Source: Longimicrobiales bacterium (GTDB taxonomy: Bacteria; Gemmatimonadota; Gemmatimonadetes; Longimicrobiales; Gaopeijiaceae). From it: a stretch of DNA of 64,000 bases. Below are positions 60,177 to 64,000 of this stretch, one piece after another (within the stretch, counting starts at the first letter, position 1; each line of letters starts with the position of its first letter). The stretch covers positions 3,072,001 through 3,136,000 of the forward strand of contig OZ241869.1 of NCBI GenBank assembly GCA_965202805.1. The letters are read 5' to 3'. The notes under the pieces were generated by a model, which did not search any database, was not told where the DNA came from, and saw nothing but the letters and a program-made list of their open reading frames with translations. The position numbers and the translations under genes are program-made.

Positions 60177-61802
60177 TCACGACCGGGGCCTGATGCGGCG
60201 GCGGCCCGAGCCAGCCCTGGGCTGGGAAGGGCCGCGCGCGTGCTCTCGGTGATAGTCCACGCGCACGCTGCGGCCACCCAGAGTGATTCCGTTGAGGGCC
60301 CGCACCACCTTCTCCGCCACCTCCTGGCGGATCTCGACGCGCGTGAAGGTCTCCTGGATCTCGATCCTGCCCACCTGGCCGCGCTCGATTCCGGCCTGGT
60401 CCACGGCGGCCGCCAACAGGTCGCCCGGTCCGATGCCGTCGCGCGAGCCCACGCTCATGAACAGGCGCACCCAGGCCTTGGCCCGAACCGGAAGCTCGAC
60501 TGCGGCCGGGGACGCCGCGGGTCTGGTGGCATCCCGGCCGGCCTCCCCTTCGGCTCGCTTGCGATGCGCTGCAGGGTCTTTCGCCGCCCGCCCCGCCAGG
60601 CGGCTCGCGGCCGCCGCCACCTCCACCGGGTCGTAGCGCTCCAGCAGCGGGTCCAGAAGCAGCATTTCGGAGGCGAGGTCCTCTTCCTCGAGAATGCGCA
60701 GCAACTCCGAGCGCCGGCGTTCGAGTCCGGAATGGGCGCCGGCGTGAGGAGGCATCGGAAGCGGTCGCAGGCTGCAGCCCGCCTCGGTCGCGACCGCCTT
60801 CAGGTGAGCCAGTTCCCGACCCAGCACCAGCACCGCGGCGGCGCCTCCGGGACCGTGTCGACGAAGCAGCGCGGCGGCTCCGGCCGGCACGTCGACGCTC
60901 AACGTCGCCACGCTGGCCGCGCCGTCCATCCCCTCGAGGATGGAGGACCCGGTGCCGTCTCCCTCCGCCGAGAGCCAGATCGGCGCGTCCGGATCGCCGG
61001 GAGCGCCTGCCTGGAAACCGTGCAGCGACAGCAGGTCGCCCACATCCACGGCATGATCGTCGGAGGCGCAGAAGACCAGCAGGTGGCGCGCGCCCTCCTC
61101 CAGGATCTCGGACGCGGTTCGAACGATATCGACATCATCCTTGCGGCAGATGCGATAGAGGATGACGCCGCGAACTGGCCCGGTCTCCCCTTCCGGCCGA
61201 GGGCCGGAGCCCGCAACATGCCCCGCCTTCCTGGCATGTGCGCGCGCAAACGATTCCACCTCCGGTGTGACCGGCAGCGAAACAACGACCCGCTGCGCCG
61301 TCGCGGGCACGAAGGCAATCAACGTCTCGAGATCATCGAGGCCGTCCGACCGCTGGATGGTCGCGGCGCCGTCCACCACCAGCGCCCGAAGGCCCTCCAG
61401 GCGCAGCCGCGAATTCCGCACCGCCGCCAGCAGGTCGGAAGGGGTGGCAAAGAGGATGTCGGAACGCTCCGGGGAAGCCCAGGGCGACCCCAGGGCAGCG
61501 ACCGCGTGCCCGGTCGCGATCGCAAGCCGCCCGAGGGAGGTGGCCAGCGCCGCCGCCGCCGCCGCCGAAGCCGTGAGCACGACCGTCCTGGGCGTCGTCC
61601 TCTCCGCGTCGACCCGCTCGAGCAGGGGCGCACCGTACGCCACCAGCGTTCCGCTGCCCGGCCCCGCCCGCACGAGCGCGTTGTTGCCGCGCCGCAGAAG
61701 CGGGACCACGTTCCGCTGCAGCGGAGTGGGGCGCTCCATGCCCTCGGCGGCGAGGGCTTCCACCAGTTCCGGCGGGAGCCCGAGTTCCTCGAAGGAGTCC
61801 AC
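60177..61802 (-). CDS. Degenerate DEAD-box helicase-like protein with DbpA RNA-binding domain
   Basis: FEELGL..PTPLQ Q-motif; GSGT replaces GxGKT; VVDGA replaces DEAD; C-terminal RLFMSVGSRDGIGPGDL..IEIQETFT. Confidence 0.82.
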   Translation of the reverse strand: MDSFEELGLPPELVEALAAEGMERPTPLQRNVVPLLRRGNNALVRAGPGSGTLVAYGAPLLERVDAERTTPRTVVLTASAAAAAALATSLGRLAIATGHAVAALGSPWASPERSDILFATPSDLLAAVRNSRLRLEGLRALVVDGAATIQRSDGLDDLETLIAFVPATAQRVVVSLPVTPEVESFARAHARKAGHVAGSGPRPEGETGPVRGVILYRICRKDDVDIVRTASEILEEGARHLLVFCASDDHAVDVGDLLSLHGFQAGAPGDPDAPIWLSAEGDGTGSSILEGMDGAASVATLSVDVPAGAAALLRRHGPGGAAAVLVLGRELAHLKAVATEAGCSLRPLPMPPHAGAHSGLERRRSELLRILEEEDLASEMLLLDPLLERYDPVEVAAAASRLAGRAAKDPAAHRKRAEGEAGRDATRPAASPAAVELPVRAKAWVRLFMSVGSRDGIGPGDLLAAAVDQAGIERGQVGRIEIQETFTRVEIRQEVAEKVVRALNGITLGGRSVRVDYHREHARGPSQPRAGSGRRRIRPRS

Positions 61803-61804
61803 GA

Positions 61805-62107
61805 TCAGGACGGATCCCCGGATCCCGGCCCGCCCCGGTCACCCGGCTCGTAGGGCAGGTTGTTGAGGAACTTCTGGATCTCGTAGTCGATGCGGGACGT
61901 GCGCAGCCGGTCCGTCGAGGCGGTCACCGACGTATACATCCCGTGCCGGTGGACCGAGAGCGTGAGGGTTCCCTCCTCGCCCGTGTAGGTCGCCTCGTGC
62001 GACGAACCGCGGGAGCGGGCCAGCCCGACACGGTCCGGGAGGATCTCTTCGGCCCGCGCCATCACTCCGGCCGGCGAAAGCGCCGTCTTCCTCTGATATC
62101 CGGCCAT
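61805..62107 (-). CDS. Hypothetical protein
   Basis: 100 aa ORF with GAGG RBS, 2 nt upstream of the helicase-like gene. Confidence 0.7.
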   Translation of the reverse strand: MAGYQRKTALSPAGVMARAEEILPDRVGLARSRGSSHEATYTGEEGTLTLSVHRHGMYTSVTASTDRLRTSRIDYEIQKFLNNLPYEPGDRGGPGSGDPS

Positions 62108-62229
62108 CTGCGCCTCTTGCTCTCTGGTTGTTGTTGGACCCGGGAGGTCCCGCAGGCCTCCTCATCGACGACCGCCGGCCCGCGGACGCCCGCCCCGCGG
62201 CATTCGCGCGGTGATGCATCCGCCGGGTG

Positions 62230-62814
62230 CTACCCCGAAGCGGCCGCCCGGAGAAAGCGAAGCAGCTCCTGCCGGCCGGGCAGCCCTTCGAGTCTGCGCC
62301 CGCCCGCCTCGACCGTGGGCGGTCCCCGAACTCCGCCCCGCAGCGCGGCCTCGCGCATCTCCTCGATTTCCGGCGCGTAGCGGTCCACGTCGAGCACCGC
62401 TCTCGCCTCGGTGGCGTCCAGCCCCGCCTCTTGCGCCAGCGCGATCAGCACGTCGATGCGGCCGATGTCCGTCCTCCCTTCAAAGAACGACCGGAACAGT
62501 GCCGCATGCATCGCTTCGCAGCAACCCTTCGCGCGCGCATGCAGGAACAGTTCGTGCGCCTTGCGGCTCCAGGGCATCCCGTGTGGAATCGGGATCTCCA
62601 GCCCGTAGTCCGCGGCCCCCTTCTGCACGGCGTGGCACCGGGACTTCCACGCTTCGGATTCGGGGTCGATCGGCGGCAACGGGGGGCGCCGGAGTTCGAA
62701 TGGGCGGCGGGCCAGCGTCACCCCGTCCGGTACCAGGGCGTGGAGCACCTGGTCCAGCAGGTAGCACGCGGGATCGACATAGTCGAAGTAGAAGATGACC
62801 TCGGCTTCGTCCAT
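62230..62814 (-). CDS. DsbA/FrnE-like thioredoxin-fold protein
   Basis: FYFDYVDPACY, PFELR, SRKAHEL, DIGRIDVL, GVRGPPT. Confidence 0.82.
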   Translation of the reverse strand: MDEAEVIFYFDYVDPACYLLDQVLHALVPDGVTLARRPFELRRPPLPPIDPESEAWKSRCHAVQKGAADYGLEIPIPHGMPWSRKAHELFLHARAKGCCEAMHAALFRSFFEGRTDIGRIDVLIALAQEAGLDATEARAVLDVDRYAPEIEEMREAALRGGVRGPPTVEAGGRRLEGLPGRQELLRFLRAAASG

Positions 62815-63055
62815 GGGGCGGAATCTCGCGGGCCGCCGGGCACCCTGCAATACGAAGATGACCTCCGTGGCCCGCCCGCCGGAGGCCGGGGTCCGTTGAC
62901 CCGCGCACGGGGACAGCCTCGATCCGCGTCCACCGGCGCGCGTCGGGGACGGAGCTTGATCCCGCGCTTCCGCCGGGGCAACTTGGTGGCGCGTCCGCCC
63001 GCGATGTTTCGGGCGGTGCTCCAGCCACGATCCCCCTGCTCCCGGTTCGCCGCCC

Positions 63056-64000
63056 ATGACATTCAGCGAGAACGTCGCCCGACTCCAGCCGTCCGCCACC
63101 ATGGCCGTCAGCTCGCTGGCCAAGCGCCTGCGCGCGGAGGGGCGGGACATCATCGACCTGAGCGCCGGCGAGCCGGACTTCGATACCCCGTCCTGGCTGG
63201 TGGACGCGGCCGTGGAGGGGGTGCGCGCGGGAGCCACCCGCTACACCCCCGCCGCCGGAATGCCGGACCTGCGCGCTGCCATCGCCGATTCGCTCGTCGC
63301 CCGCGGCGCCGATGCGGCATGGAACGACGTCGTGGTCACCGCAGGAGCCAAGCAGGCGCTCTTCAACGCCTGCTTCACCTTCTTCGGCCCGGGCGACGAG
63401 GTGATGATCGCCTCGCCCTACTGGACCAGCTATCCGGAGATGGTCACGCTCTCTCGCGCCGAGCCGGTCTTCGTCCAGGGGCCCGCGGAGAAGAACTTCG
63501 TGCTTCGTCCCGAGGACCTGGAGGCCGCCCGCACCGAGCGCACCCGCGGGCTCATCATGTGCTCGCCCAGCAACCCCACCGGAGCCGTCTACACGCGCGA
63601 CGAACTCGCCGCGGTGGCGCGCTGGGCGAGGGACAACGACGTTCGGCTCATCAACGACGAGATCTATCGCCACATCCACTTCGACGGCCACGGGACGGCG
63701 CCCGGGCTCCTGGAGCTGGACCCGGGGGACGTCGGTCCCTTCGTGCTCATCGACGGCGTCTCGAAGGCCTTCGCAATGACCGGATGGCGCATCGGCTTCT
63801 CCTACTGCGAGGGAGCCGGCGCGAAGAAGATGGCCGCCTTCCAGAGCCACACCACCTCCAACCCCGCCACCCCCTCCCAGCTCGCCGCGCTCGCAGCCTA
63901 CAGCGACGTGGAGCGCTCGCTCGGGGACATCGCGCAGATGGCGGAAGCGTACGAACGGCGTCAGCGCCTCGTGGTCTCGCTCATGCGCGAGCTCCTGCCC
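63056..64000 (+). CDS. PLP-dependent class I aminotransferase, aspartate aminotransferase-like (runs off window)
   Basis: Manual translation MTFSENVARLQPSATMA..AGEPDFDTP..GAKQALFN..PSNPTG..DEIY..SKAFAMTGWRIG. Confidence 0.93.
   Translation, partial: MTFSENVARLQPSATMAVSSLAKRLRAEGRDIIDLSAGEPDFDTPSWLVDAAVEGVRAGATRYTPAAGMPDLRAAIADSLVARGADAAWNDVVVTAGAKQALFNACFTFFGPGDEVMIASPYWTSYPEMVTLSRAEPVFVQGPAEKNFVLRPEDLEAARTERTRGLIMCSPSNPTGAVYTRDELAAVARWARDNDVRLINDEIYRHIHFDGHGTAPGLLELDPGDVGPFVLIDGVSKAFAMTGWRIGFSYCEGAGAKKMAAFQSHTTSNPATPSQLAALAAYSDVERSLGDIAQMAEAYERRQRLVVSLMRELLP

Overview
This is a high-GC bacterial chromosomal segment of about 50 genes and one tRNA-Asn(GTT). I saw no rRNA, CRISPR array, transposase or integrase. 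The gene mix (SusC/SusD pair in a GC-rich background, BlaI + M56-TonB, 6-bladed beta-propellers, Gld-like ABC, PorV-like barrel) suggests Gemmatimonadota; this is inference only. In order, the window holds: a sugar ABC ATPase and GH63-like hydrolase; a higBA module with an apparently frameshifted toxin and an AT-rich palindrome; an MBL-fold lipoprotein with a His/Glu-rich linker; a GldA/FG/DUF4340-like ABC operon; msrPQ; a nine-gene MoxR/VWA/DUF58/DUF4159/TPR operon; hydrolase, PorV-like, PhoX and SRAP genes; SusC/D followed by BlaI and M56 with two TonB domains; a DUF5916 protein; infA; a truncated sigma-54 activator; and M28 peptidase with a heme c/Cu-monooxygenase-like gene. The best candidate for an undescribed system is a lower-GC island (about 54.9-58.5 kb). 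It encodes two paralogous secreted twin-CX10C peptides upstream of a beta-propeller and an ABC-2 exporter. Several gene-erosion scars are visible (higB frameshift, DUF6624 relic, lost HTH). All family calls come from motifs recognised by eye, with no database searches, and several start codons were chosen from RBS or overlap evidence.
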